Assembly (NCBI GenBank): GCA_020845895.1
Contig: JADLEX010000125.1
Span: 49,729 to 113,728 of the forward strand
Direction: 5' to 3'
Length of the DNA: 64,000 nt
Source of the DNA: Deltaproteobacteria bacterium
GTDB lineage: Bacteria > Lernaellota > Lernaellaia > JACKCT01
Shown here: piece after piece, positions 19,127-28,184 of the stretch
Position numbering within the stretch: position 1 is the first letter of the stretch
How the letters are laid out: every line of letters starts with the position of its first letter
Program-made: the position numbers and the translations under genes
Notes under the pieces: model-generated
Databases searched by the model: none
Seen by the model: only the letters and a program-made list of their open reading frames with translations
Told to the model about the DNA's origin: nothing

Positions 19127-19738
19127 ATGACTCCCCGTGCATGCATCGTCGTTCTCATGGTCATGTTCGCGTTCGCCTGCGCGGGCACGGCGCACGCCGT
19201 CGAGACCGGCGAGTCGGCCATGACGTTTCAGGCGGGCGGCGCGGTGCTGGGCGGCAAACTCGGCGAGCTGTTCTCGCCCGACTTCGCCTACGGCGTGAAC
19301 ATGGCCTTCGGGATCACCGATTACCTCGGGATCTTCGCCGACGCGCTCTACGCCGTGCATCAGCAGGCCGACCAGGACAAATATGGCACGCTGAACTTCG
19401 CCCACGGCACGATCGCGATCGGTCCGCGCGGCGGTTACACGTGGGACCATTTCGTGCTGTACGGGGGCGCGGCGCCCGTCGCGTCGCTCATGACCTATAA
19501 GGCGCGCTATTCGGCGGGAACCGGCACGGACGAGGACGAGACGGACGCGCACGGCTTCGGCGGCATGGCCGAGATTGGCGCGGACGCCTTCGTGTCGTCG
19601 TCGCTCACCGTCGGGCTCTCCGGCCGCGTCACCATCGTCTCGACCGATCTCGAGTTCGCCCACGGCGCGGACGTGGACAACCTCGTGGAGACTTACACGT
19701 GGTACGCGGGCCTGCTTCGCGTCACGCTGATTTTCTGA
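19127..19738 (+). CDS. Outer-membrane beta-barrel protein (paralog 3)
   Basis: Signal peptide MTPRACIVVLMVMFAFACAGTAHA, and the protein ends ...RVTLIF. Confidence 0.6.
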   Translation: MTPRACIVVLMVMFAFACAGTAHAVETGESAMTFQAGGAVLGGKLGELFSPDFAYGVNMAFGITDYLGIFADALYAVHQQADQDKYGTLNFAHGTIAIGPRGGYTWDHFVLYGGAAPVASLMTYKARYSAGTGTDEDETDAHGFGGMAEIGADAFVSSSLTVGLSGRVTIVSTDLEFAHGADVDNLVETYTWYAGLLRVTLIF

Positions 19739-19740
19739 AT

Positions 19741-21396
19741 ATGCGGCCCGACGGTCTGCGCATGAACATGCCGCACCGCTGCCCCCGCCTAGGTGGCTTC
19801 CTGCCCAAAGCACTTCTCGTTGCGTTCCTTTTCTGTCTGCTCGCGGCTTGCTCTCCCCCGCCGCCGCTCGGCAATGTTGACGATCTCGAAGATCGACTTG
19901 CCGCCGATCCGGACAACGTCGCGCTCATCACGATGCTCGCGACGCAGCTGAGCGTGAACGCCGCCGATGTGGATCGGGCGATGTCCTTGATCGAGACCGC
20001 GCTCGCGCGCGACCCGAAGAACGTGGAACTGCTGCGCACGCTGGCGCAAATCCACCATTTTTCGCCCAAGGCGGACTTGGCGAAGGCGGCGGTCGCCTAC
20101 GAACGGCTGATCGCGGCGGGCGGCGGAACCGCGGACGTCTACACGCATCAGGAAATGTGTCTCCTTGCACTCGGTCGTCCGACCGACGCCGAAGCGGCGT
20201 ACCTGAACGCGATCCGCGACGCAAAGGAGCACGGCGCGGAATACAATCGGCGTCGCGCGCAGGAGTTCCTGGGCCGACTCTACGCTCAGCAGGGACGCAC
20301 GGCGGAGGCCGAGGCGGTGCTAAAGGAATCGGCCGCGAATCTCGACGAATTCAACGCGCGGGAGGATCGCTACTGGGGTTGCCCTTATCAGGCGCTGGGC
20401 GAGCTGTACCAAATCACCGGGCAGGTCTCGAAGGTCGCGGCCGAGTACATGAAGGCCGCGGACGCCGAGAGCGACAAGTGGGAGTCGCAGCTCTGGGCGG
20501 CGGTCAAGTGCTGGCTCGTCGCCGACTACGCCAACGCGCAGGTCTATATGGACCGTGCGTTCAAGCTCGCGGACAAGCCGGCGCTCAAGGTTTTTCAGGG
20601 CGCGCTCTGGCTGTTCCAGAAGCGCTACGACGAAGCCGAGCGGCTGTTCGGCGAAGCGAGCGCCGAATTGCCCGAGGCCGCCCGCGTCGGGCGTGCGCAC
20701 CTCGCCCTCATTCGAAAGGACTACCCGGTCGCCGAGCGCGAATTCCGCACGGCCATCGCCGCGTTCGATGCGCGGCGGGCAAGCGGGCCGATGGTCACGC
20801 AGATTCCCGAGTTCGACCCGTGGATCGAGAACTTCGCGCTGCTGGGCCTCGGCTGGACGCTCGCCAATCAGAACCGCCACGCCGAGGCGCTCGACCAGTA
20901 CTTCACGATCGTCTCGCGCAACAAATACGATTTGCTCGCGGGTCTCGCGCGCGGGAACTCGCTCACGGGCCTTCAGCGGCTCGACGAGGCGCAGGCGGTT
21001 TTCGACGAATTGCTCTCGCACTATCCCGACAACCCGTACCTGCTCGCCGAGACCGCGTTGGTGCAATACAACAGGGGCGAGGACGCGGCGGCCGAGGCCA
21101 ACTTCAAAAAGGCGCTCGCGCGCGAGGACAAGAATTACACCTGCCCCTACGAGGGTCTCGGTCTCGTGTACCTGCGTCAGGGGAAGGTCGAGGACGCGAA
21201 GAAGAACTTCGAAAAGGCGATCGAGATCAACCCCGGCATTGAATACAAGAAGTTCAACGGCCTCGCGAAGATCTATATCAAGGAAGGCCGTGTGAAAGAG
21301 GCGCGCGAACTGCTCGAGCGCTCGGTCCACAACTATCCGCACGACGGCGAGGCCGCCCGCATGCTGAAAGAACTCGATGCCGCGAAAACGCCCTGA
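19741..21396 (+). CDS. TPR-repeat lipoprotein
   Basis: Lipobox LLAAC, followed by multiple TPR-like repeats along the protein. Confidence 0.65.
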   Translation: MRPDGLRMNMPHRCPRLGGFLPKALLVAFLFCLLAACSPPPPLGNVDDLEDRLAADPDNVALITMLATQLSVNAADVDRAMSLIETALARDPKNVELLRTLAQIHHFSPKADLAKAAVAYERLIAAGGGTADVYTHQEMCLLALGRPTDAEAAYLNAIRDAKEHGAEYNRRRAQEFLGRLYAQQGRTAEAEAVLKESAANLDEFNAREDRYWGCPYQALGELYQITGQVSKVAAEYMKAADAESDKWESQLWAAVKCWLVADYANAQVYMDRAFKLADKPALKVFQGALWLFQKRYDEAERLFGEASAELPEAARVGRAHLALIRKDYPVAEREFRTAIAAFDARRASGPMVTQIPEFDPWIENFALLGLGWTLANQNRHAEALDQYFTIVSRNKYDLLAGLARGNSLTGLQRLDEAQAVFDELLSHYPDNPYLLAETALVQYNRGEDAAAEANFKKALAREDKNYTCPYEGLGLVYLRQGKVEDAKKNFEKAIEINPGIEYKKFNGLAKIYIKEGRVKEARELLERSVHNYPHDGEAARMLKELDAAKTP

Positions 21397-22081
21397 CCGG
21401 CTCGTCGTCGTGATGGTCGCGGTGGTCGTCGCCGCGTCGTTCGTCCTCACGGCGGGCGCGTGCTCGAAACCGCGCAAGGAAAAACGCGTCTCGCACGAGA
21501 TCGTCATCCCGAACGTGCCGCGTCCGCACAACGCCGAGGCCGACCGGCTTGTCGCGCGAGCGAAGGCCGAAGCCGATCCGAAGGTGCGCGCGGCGCTCTA
21601 CGAAAAGGCGCTGGCGGTCGAGCCCGGGCACCTCGCCGCGTCGGCGGGCCTCACCAAGATCCTCGCCGACGATCCGGCGTCCGACGCATCCCGCGTCGTG
21701 GAAATGCTCGCCCGCGTGGCCGGAGCGAACCTGTCGGACCGAGAGGCACACCTGTCTCTCGCCCGTGCGCGGCTGCGACTCGCGACGCCCGATGTCCACG
21801 GCGCGCGCAAGGCGTACGAACACGCGATCACGCTCAACCCCGGCGAGCCCGAGGCGTACCGCGAACTCGCGCGCACCTATATGAGCGGCGATGCGGCCAA
21901 GCCCACCGAGGCCGCCCGTCTTCTGCGCATCGCGATCCGCGTCGCCCCGCGCCGTGCCGACATCGCCGAGGAACTCGGCCGCGCGCTCGATGCGGCGGGC
22001 GACCGCGCCGGCGCCGAGTCCGCGTATCGCTACGCGAAAGAGAAGACGGGCGACGAGGCGCCTGCTGCACCGACGCCCTGA
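21377..22081 (+). CDS. TPR-repeat lipoprotein
   Basis: Lipobox LTAGAC, followed by TPR-like repeats. Confidence 0.55.
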   Translation: MPRKRPDRLVVVMVAVVVAASFVLTAGACSKPRKEKRVSHEIVIPNVPRPHNAEADRLVARAKAEADPKVRAALYEKALAVEPGHLAASAGLTKILADDPASDASRVVEMLARVAGANLSDREAHLSLARARLRLATPDVHGARKAYEHAITLNPGEPEAYRELARTYMSGDAAKPTEAARLLRIAIRVAPRRADIAEELGRALDAAGDRAGAESAYRYAKEKTGDEAPAAPTP

Positions 22082-22102
22082 TGCGCGCGGAATCGCAACG
22101 AC

Positions 22103-22198
22103 CCTCACTCCGGCTCGCTTCGCTCGCCACCCCTCTCCCGTCATGACGGGAGAAGGGATGGGGGTGAGGGCTCCCGTCCCCGCGTTGATTTTTTTCGG
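22103..22198 (+). terminator. REP-like GC-rich palindrome (CCCTCAC...CCCCTCTCCCG-loop-CGGGAGAAGGG...GGGGTGAGGG) followed by T7 tract; probable rho-independent terminator of the TPR gene
   Basis: Hairpin plus TTGATTTTTTTCGG, read directly. Confidence 0.5.
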
Positions 22199-22261
22199 CC
22201 GCCGCGCCATGAATACGCGCCCGCCGGGGGCGCTGACCCCTCGTGTGCGGAGGGCGATGAT

Positions 22262-24694
22262 ATGAGTGCCGATGCATCGTTGATTCACACGGCCGAACTG
22301 CTCGAGTGGCCGAAGATCCTCTCGCGTCTCGCGGAGCACGCCATGAGCGCGCCGGGCCGCGAGGCGTGCGAACACCTGCCGTTTTGCGACGACGCCGATT
22401 CAGCCGCGCGTGCGCTGGCCGCCGTCACCGAGGCCGCCGCGCTGCTGCGCGAAGCGCTCGCCCCCGCGCTCGCCGACGTCACCGACATCGCGCCCGATCT
22501 GGAGCGCGCCTCGCTCGGCGCGATGCTGGCGGGCGAGGATCTGATCCGCGTCGCCGACGCACTGCGCGCCGCGCGCCGCACCCGCGACGTCCTCGTCGAA
22601 GAGTGGGAACGCACCCCGCGCCTCGCCGAGATCGCGATGCAGCTTGCCGCCGATGAGCCGCTGGAGATGGACATCTTCGCGGCGATCGACCGCGACGGCG
22701 AGGTGAACGACGCGGCGTCGCCGGAACTGGTCGAGCTGCGCCGCCGCCACCGCCGATTGCACCAGCAGATTCTCGACACGATGAACGAGCTGGTGAAGCA
22801 CGGCGAGTGGGCCGAGTTCCTGCAGGACGACTACTACACGGTTCGCAACGGCCGTTACGTGCTGCTCGTGCGCGTCGAGCGCCAGCACAAGATCGAAGGC
22901 ATCGTCCACGACATCTCGGGCAGCGGCCAGTCGCTCTACATCGAGCCCAAGGAGATCACGAATCTCAACAACGTGCTGCGCGGCACCGAGGTCGCCATTG
23001 CGCAGGAGGTCGCGCGTATCCTGCGCGCACTCACCGCCCGCGTTGCCGCCACGGCGGACGCGATCCACGCGAGCGCCGAAGCCCTCGTCGAAATCGACAT
23101 CGTTTTCGCCAAGGCGCGCTATGCTGCTGCGATCGGCGCGTCCGAGCCCACGCTCGCCCCCGAAGGCCGCATGCGCCTGCGTGCGCTGCGCCATCCGCTG
23201 CTGGTCGGGCGCGACGACGTTCGCGCGGCGGCAAACGTCGAGCGCGTCGTCACGAACGACGTGGAGTTCGCGGCCGGCGCGGGGTGCGTGATCGTCACGG
23301 GGCCGAACACCGGCGGCAAAACGGTGTTGCTCAAGGCCGTCGGGCTCGCGGCGCTGTTCGTGCGCGCGGGGATGCATCCGCCGGTCGCGTTCGATTCCGA
23401 GACCGTGTTCTTCGACCGCGTCTTCGCGGTGATCGGCGATCGCCAGTCGATCGAGGCGGGGCTCTCGACTTTCGCGGCGCATCTCGCCGCGCTGCGGGAG
23501 ATCGCGCGCGACGCCGGGCCGCGCAGCCTCGTGCTGCTCGACGAGATCGGCGAAGGCACCGACCCGCGCCAGGGCGTCGCGCTCTCGATGGCGGTGCTCG
23601 AACACCTCGTCGCGAGCGGCGCGCGCACGCTCGCCACCACGCATTTTTCCGAGCTCGCCGCCCTCGCCACGCAGCGCGCGGGTTTCGTCAACGCGTCGAT
23701 GGAGTTCGACCCGGCGACGATGCGCCCGACCTACCGGCTGCGTCTGGGCATTCCGGGGCGATCCGGCGCGTTCGACGTGGCCGAGCGCATGGGCCTTCCC
23801 GCGCCGATTCTCGCCCGCGCGCGCGAGCTGTACGAAGGCGCGGGCACCGAACTGCAAGCGATCATGGAAGATCTTGATCGTGCGCATCAGGAATGGCGGA
23901 GCAAGACCACCGCCGCCGAACGTGACCGCGCGACCGCGCGTGATCTGGTCGAAAAGCAGCGCGAACTGTTGCGCGATCTGGAAAGCAAGAAGCGCGAACG
24001 CGCGCAAAAAGAACTCGCCGCCGTCGAATCGATGTACCGCGACGCGCGCGAGCGCATCCGCGCGCTGTTAGCCGAACTGAAGGAGCGCCCCACGCGCGCC
24101 GAGGCGCAAAGCGTGAAGGAACAGATCGCCCAGGTCGTCGAGGAGGTCCGCGCGCAGACGCCGCCGCCCGAGGACGCGATCCCCGAACGGATCGGCTACG
24201 TGCCGATTCGCGACTGGTCCGCGATGCACGAGGGCGACGCCGTGTATATCGGCGCGCTGCGCGCGAAGGGAAAGCTCGAAACGCTGCCCGACGCGAGATC
24301 GCAACTGCGCGTGCTGGTGGCTGGCGCGCGCGTCACCATCGACGCAGCCGACGTATTTCACCCCGTCGTGGACGAAGCGCCCGCCGAGGTGCGGGTGCGC
24401 GTGCTGCCGCCGGCGCGCGTCGAGGCCGCGTCGTCGAAGGACCGGTCGCTCGACCTGCGCGGGCAGTACGTCGCCGATGCGCTCGACCACACCGCCGAAT
24501 ACCTCGACCTCGCGTGGCGGTCGCGCTGGCATCAGGTGACGATCATTCACGGCCACGGCACGGGCAGCCTCAAGCGTGAGATCCGCGAGTATCTGCGCGG
24601 CGCGCCGTACGCGCTCGCGTTTCGGCCCGGCGAACGGGGCGAGGGCGGCGACGGCGCGACGGTCGTGGACTTCGATTATTCCGACGAGGCGTGA
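22262..24694 (+). CDS. mutS2: Endonuclease MutS2 (MutS domain V ATPase + C-terminal Smr domain)
   Basis: Walker A VTGPNTGGKTVLLK, and a C-terminal Smr motif LDLRGQ...IIHGHGTGSLKREIREYL. Confidence 0.9.
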   Translation: MSADASLIHTAELLEWPKILSRLAEHAMSAPGREACEHLPFCDDADSAARALAAVTEAAALLREALAPALADVTDIAPDLERASLGAMLAGEDLIRVADALRAARRTRDVLVEEWERTPRLAEIAMQLAADEPLEMDIFAAIDRDGEVNDAASPELVELRRRHRRLHQQILDTMNELVKHGEWAEFLQDDYYTVRNGRYVLLVRVERQHKIEGIVHDISGSGQSLYIEPKEITNLNNVLRGTEVAIAQEVARILRALTARVAATADAIHASAEALVEIDIVFAKARYAAAIGASEPTLAPEGRMRLRALRHPLLVGRDDVRAAANVERVVTNDVEFAAGAGCVIVTGPNTGGKTVLLKAVGLAALFVRAGMHPPVAFDSETVFFDRVFAVIGDRQSIEAGLSTFAAHLAALREIARDAGPRSLVLLDEIGEGTDPRQGVALSMAVLEHLVASGARTLATTHFSELAALATQRAGFVNASMEFDPATMRPTYRLRLGIPGRSGAFDVAERMGLPAPILARARELYEGAGTELQAIMEDLDRAHQEWRSKTTAAERDRATARDLVEKQRELLRDLESKKRERAQKELAAVESMYRDARERIRALLAELKERPTRAEAQSVKEQIAQVVEEVRAQTPPPEDAIPERIGYVPIRDWSAMHEGDAVYIGALRAKGKLETLPDARSQLRVLVAGARVTIDAADVFHPVVDEAPAEVRVRVLPPARVEAASSKDRSLDLRGQYVADALDHTAEYLDLAWRSRWHQVTIIHGHGTGSLKREIREYLRGAPYALAFRPGERGEGGDGATVVDFDYSDEA

Positions 24695-25845
24695 CCGGCG
24701 GCGGCATGCTCGAATGCGCGCACGAGCGCGGCGGCGGCCTCGGCGATTTCGGCGCTCGTCGTTCCCCGTCCCAAGGTCAGTCGAACCGCGCCGAGCGCCG
24801 TGGCCGTGTCGAGTCCCTGCGCCAGCAGGACGTCCGACGGCGACTCGCCGCCCTCGTGACATGCGGAGCCGGTGGACGCGGCGATCTCGGGAGCGCCGGC
24901 GAGAATCGCGCTGCCCCGCGCCCCGGGAAACGACACATTGAGGGTATTGGGCAGCCGCTCGGTTTCGTGCCCGTTCAGTCGAATGCCGGGAATCGCCGTC
25001 CACAACCGCGACCACAAGTCGTCGCGCAGGGCCCGAACGCGGGCGGATTCGCGCTCCATATCCCGCGCGGCGATTTCGCAGGCGTAACCCAGCGCGACGA
25101 TGTACGGCACGTTTTCGGTTCCGGGTCGTAGCCCGCGCTCGTGGCCCGCGCCGAGCAAAAACGGACGCAGCGGCGTCCCGCGACGCACGTACAGCGCGCC
25201 GACGCCTTTGGGGGCGTAACACTTGTGCCCCGCCACGGTCAGCAGATCCACGCCCAGCGCGCGCACGTCGATGGGGATCTTGCCGACGGCCTGCGCCGCG
25301 TCGGAGTGCGTGAGCGCGCCGCGTTCGCGGGCCGCGGCGGCGATTTGGGCGATGGGCATGATCGTGCCGGTCTCGTTGTTGGCCAGCATGATGGTGAAGA
25401 GCAGCGTGTCGTCCCTCAGATCGCCGGGCAGCGCGTCGAGGCGCACCCGACCGTTTGCGTCCACGGCCAGCCGGGTCACGGAGTATCCGGTCGCTTCGAG
25501 CGCGTTGCACGGCCGCGCGGTCGCCGGGTGCTCGACGACGGAGGTGAGGATGTGACGGCGGTCTGGGATCGCCGCCGCAACTCCGCGGATCGCCAGATTG
25601 TTCGACTCGGTGCCCCCCGACGTGAAAACGACCTCGTCCGGATCGCAGCCCAGCAGCGCGGCGACCTGTTCGCGGGCGCGGTCCACGGCACTCTTGGCTC
25701 GTTGTCCAAAGATGTGCCCGCTGGACGGATTGCCGTGGTGATCCCTCAGAAACGGGAGCATCGCGTCGACCACTTCGGGATGAATCGACGTCGTGGCATT
25801 GTGGTCCAGATAGATCGGGTCGCGCTCGGTCATTTGCTTCTCCAT
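24676..25845 (-). CDS. Cysteine desulfurase (NifS/IscS-like; possibly selenocysteine lyase function)
   Basis: IYLDHNATT, the SGHIFG-type motifs, AGHKCYAPKGVGALYVR (PLP Lys) and GSACHEG (active-site Cys). The start ATG overlaps the stop of the upstream DsrE-like gene (TGATG). Confidence 0.85.
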   Translation of the reverse strand: MEKQMTERDPIYLDHNATTSIHPEVVDAMLPFLRDHHGNPSSGHIFGQRAKSAVDRAREQVAALLGCDPDEVVFTSGGTESNNLAIRGVAAAIPDRRHILTSVVEHPATARPCNALEATGYSVTRLAVDANGRVRLDALPGDLRDDTLLFTIMLANNETGTIMPIAQIAAAARERGALTHSDAAQAVGKIPIDVRALGVDLLTVAGHKCYAPKGVGALYVRRGTPLRPFLLGAGHERGLRPGTENVPYIVALGYACEIAARDMERESARVRALRDDLWSRLWTAIPGIRLNGHETERLPNTLNVSFPGARGSAILAGAPEIAASTGSACHEGGESPSDVLLAQGLDTATALGAVRLTLGRGTTSAEIAEAAAALVRAFEHAAAGHASSE

Positions 25846-26198
25846 CAGAAGACCAGCACCTTGTCGGATTCCAGAGTCCATTCCGCCTGCTCTGCGAGCG
25901 TACCCCGCTCGACGCCTTCGATCAGCATTTCGACCCGCAGACCGCGGGCATCCATGCAGCTCCCTCAAAGCCGGACGGGGACGCCCTTTGCGATCAGGGC
26001 TTTGATCATCCGCTCGATGTTGTAATAGCCGTTCGGCGTCTTCTGATCCGCGATCGCCGAGGTGACTGCATCGGCCTGCGCGAAGATGCGCAGCTCAACG
26101 CCGTCGCGCTTGGACAGCTCCATCGCCAGACGCAACGCGTTGTAGGTTCGCTCGTTCCCGTAAGGGGCGTCGTTCAGGGTCAATAACAGGGTCGACAC
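25845..26198 (-). CDS. DsrE/YchN-like sulfur-relay protein, putative selenoprotein: in-frame UGA (25965-25967) at the conserved Cys position, 117 aa read-through product
   Basis: The 77-aa N-terminal ORF (MSTLLLTLNDAPYGNERTYNALRLA...VPVRL) stops at a TGA. The same frame continues without interruption as GSCMDARGLRVEMLIEGVERGTLAEQAEWTLESDKVLVF-stop, which is the typical DsrE/YchN C-terminus. The TGA aligns with the first Cys of the family's conserved VPVKL-C-xx-C region (E. coli YchN, quoted from memory). A candidate SECIS hairpin lies immediately downstream. GTG start with AAGAGGAG RBS. Confidence 0.7.
25925..25957 (-). promoter_or_regulatory. Candidate bacterial SECIS element: hairpin GCAU-GGAU-GCCCGC-[GGUCU]-GCGGGU-CGAA-AUGC starting 10 nt after the UGA
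   Basis: Stem-loop read directly. The apical loop GGUCU is identical to the apical loop of the E. coli fdhF SECIS (as I recall it). The loop lies 21 nt downstream of the UGA, against about 18 nt in fdhF. Confidence 0.6.
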
Positions 26199-26309
26199 TG
26201 ATCTGCTCCTCTTAACAAAGGTGATGTTTTCACCCGCGGCGCGCCACGACGCATCGACCGAAGGAAATCGGGGCGTCGTCCGGCAGGCTGAGCGGGGAGT
26301 CGGCGCGGT

Positions 26310-27467
26310 TCAGAACCATTTGTGCAGCCAGTCTTTTTCGAACAGGACCTTCCCGGCGTGCCAGTGGCGACCGGGAGAATACATCTTTATCTGCGGTACC
26401 GGATCCGCGTAAAAATTTCCGCGACCGAATCCCGCCTTGCCGCCACCGGCTTCGATGAAACATTCGCCGTGACCGTCGAAACGCGAATCGGCGTTTCGTC
26501 CGGCGATTCGGGCGCTGACGTTTTTTGCCACGACTTCCGCCTGCCCGTGGGCGAAAACACCCGCTTTGGGAAGCAGTTTTCCCATTTTCAGGGGAATTCC
26601 GACGAGATCGCCAATGACGTACACATCCGGAAACCGTGTTTCCATCGTCGCCCGATCGACCGTCGCCCATCCGCTGTCGCCCAGCAGACCCGCGCGTTTG
26701 ACAACATCGGGCGCCTGGAAGGGCGGCACATACACCAGCAAGTCGAAGTCCGTCGTTGCCCCGTCCCCGAACACGAGGCTCCGCCCCGACGGATCGGCGG
26801 AAGTCACCTGTCGACCGGGGAAATAGCCGATGCCTTTCGATTCGACCATGCTTCGGACCTGCGCCGAAGCCTCCGGTCCGGCCACGCCCATCGGCCCGGG
26901 TTCCGCGGCGTGGATTTCGACGGTCGTCCGCTCGATGATCCGTCTCTTGCGCGCGTCCGCCTCGAGCAACATCGCCGCCTCATAGGGAGCGGCCGGGCAC
27001 TTGTACGCGGGAGCGGCGGTGAGGACCACGACTTTGCCGCCTCGAAACTCCCGCCAGCGATCACGCAAGGCCTCGGCGCCGTCCAGCGTGCAGAACGTCG
27101 ATCCCGATTCCGCAAGCCCCGCGATGCGCTCCGGCGCGGGGTCCGCGCCGAGGGCGATGATGATGTAATCGGCCGTGATGGTTTCCCCTCCGATGACAAC
27201 CCGTTTGCCGTCCGGATCAATTTCCTCGACATTGCCCCGGATCACCTCAATCCCCCGGCGACGAAGCGCGGTCAGCGGACGGGTGATCGACTCCGCCTCG
27301 CGCGTTCCCATCATCAGCCAGAGAAGCGACGGCCAAAACACGTGCCGCTCGTCCCGATCGACCAGGATGACGCGATGAACGTCACTCACGCGTTTTCGCA
27401 ATTCCACCGCCGCCACAACGCCACCGACGCCGCCGCCAAGGACCAGAATGGTTTGACCCGTTTTCAT
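26310..27467 (-). CDS. sqr: Sulfide:quinone oxidoreductase-like FAD-dependent oxidoreductase
   Basis: N-terminal FAD fold VLGGGVGGVVAA, conserved Cys motifs YKCPAAPYE and GHGECFIEAGG, and a C-terminal amphipathic tail. The start overlaps the regulator stop (ATGA). Confidence 0.8.
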   Translation of the reverse strand: MKTGQTILVLGGGVGGVVAAVELRKRVSDVHRVILVDRDERHVFWPSLLWLMMGTREAESITRPLTALRRRGIEVIRGNVEEIDPDGKRVVIGGETITADYIIIALGADPAPERIAGLAESGSTFCTLDGAEALRDRWREFRGGKVVVLTAAPAYKCPAAPYEAAMLLEADARKRRIIERTTVEIHAAEPGPMGVAGPEASAQVRSMVESKGIGYFPGRQVTSADPSGRSLVFGDGATTDFDLLVYVPPFQAPDVVKRAGLLGDSGWATVDRATMETRFPDVYVIGDLVGIPLKMGKLLPKAGVFAHGQAEVVAKNVSARIAGRNADSRFDGHGECFIEAGGGKAGFGRGNFYADPVPQIKMYSPGRHWHAGKVLFEKDWLHKWF

Positions 27468-28162
27468 GAATTCCCCCTGATCGCGTGTTCGTTTGACTCG
27501 CCGCCGACGGCGATTTGCAACCCGCGCGCCCGCCAGTCCGGAATGCCGTCCTCCAGGCGAACGGCGCGGAAGCCCTTCGCGCGAAGGATCCGGACCGCCT
27601 CCACCGCGAGCACGCAGTAAGGCCCGCGGCAGTACGCGACGATCTTGCGACGTTTGGGCAGTGTGGCCAGGTGCCGAACCAACTCATCGAGCGGAACGCA
27701 CTTCGCGCCCGGAATGTGCCCCGCTTCGAATTCTTCCGTGGGGCGGACGTCGAGCACGGTGACCGAACCGTCGCGCACGCGGCGAATCAGGTCGTCTTGA
27801 TCCACCGGCTCCATCGAATCCCGCTCTTCCAGAAACTCCTTCGTGATCGCGTCGATCTCCGTGAGTCGCGATTCGGCGAGAATCCGCATGGAGCGGTAGA
27901 ATTCGCAGACCTCCGGTCCCGCCAGGCGGTACTCGACAAACAGACCGTGTTTTTCGGCCTCGATCAACCGCGCCGCGCGCAGAACCTGGAGGTGTTGGGA
28001 CGTGTTGGCCACGCTCTGCCCGCTCTCGCGAGCGAGAATCTCAACGGTTCGAGGTCCCTGGCACAGCAGGTCGAGCAGTTCGAGCCTCTTGGGGCTGCAG
28101 ACGGCCCGTCCGACCCGGGCGAACTGCTCATAGATCGCGTCTTTGAACTGTCGGCCCTGCAT
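27464..28162 (-). CDS. ArsR/SmtB-family HTH regulator fused to a rhodanese domain (BigR/SqrR-like persulfide sensor candidate)
   Basis: N-terminal ArsR-type wHTH (LELLDLLCQGPRTVEILA...SQHLQVL), and a C-terminal rhodanese domain with active-site loop CRGPYC. Confidence 0.8.
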   Translation of the reverse strand: MQGRQFKDAIYEQFARVGRAVCSPKRLELLDLLCQGPRTVEILARESGQSVANTSQHLQVLRAARLIEAEKHGLFVEYRLAGPEVCEFYRSMRILAESRLTEIDAITKEFLEERDSMEPVDQDDLIRRVRDGSVTVLDVRPTEEFEAGHIPGAKCVPLDELVRHLATLPKRRKIVAYCRGPYCVLAVEAVRILRAKGFRAVRLEDGIPDWRARGLQIAVGGESNEHAIRGNS

Positions 28163-28184
28163 GTCGCCGCACTCCCATCATTCA

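Noticed and set aside
24676-25968. N-terminal extension MRELHGCPRSAG... of the cysteine desulfurase ORF
   Set aside because: This stretch is the DsrE-like gene read in another frame. The true desulfurase start is MEKQMTER (25845), overlapping the DsrE stop.
26230-27620. Minus and plus ORFs overlapping the SQR gene (for example 26322..27620 plus, 432 aa)
   Set aside because: They are antisense or alternative frames of the SQR gene. They have no motifs and an artefactual composition.
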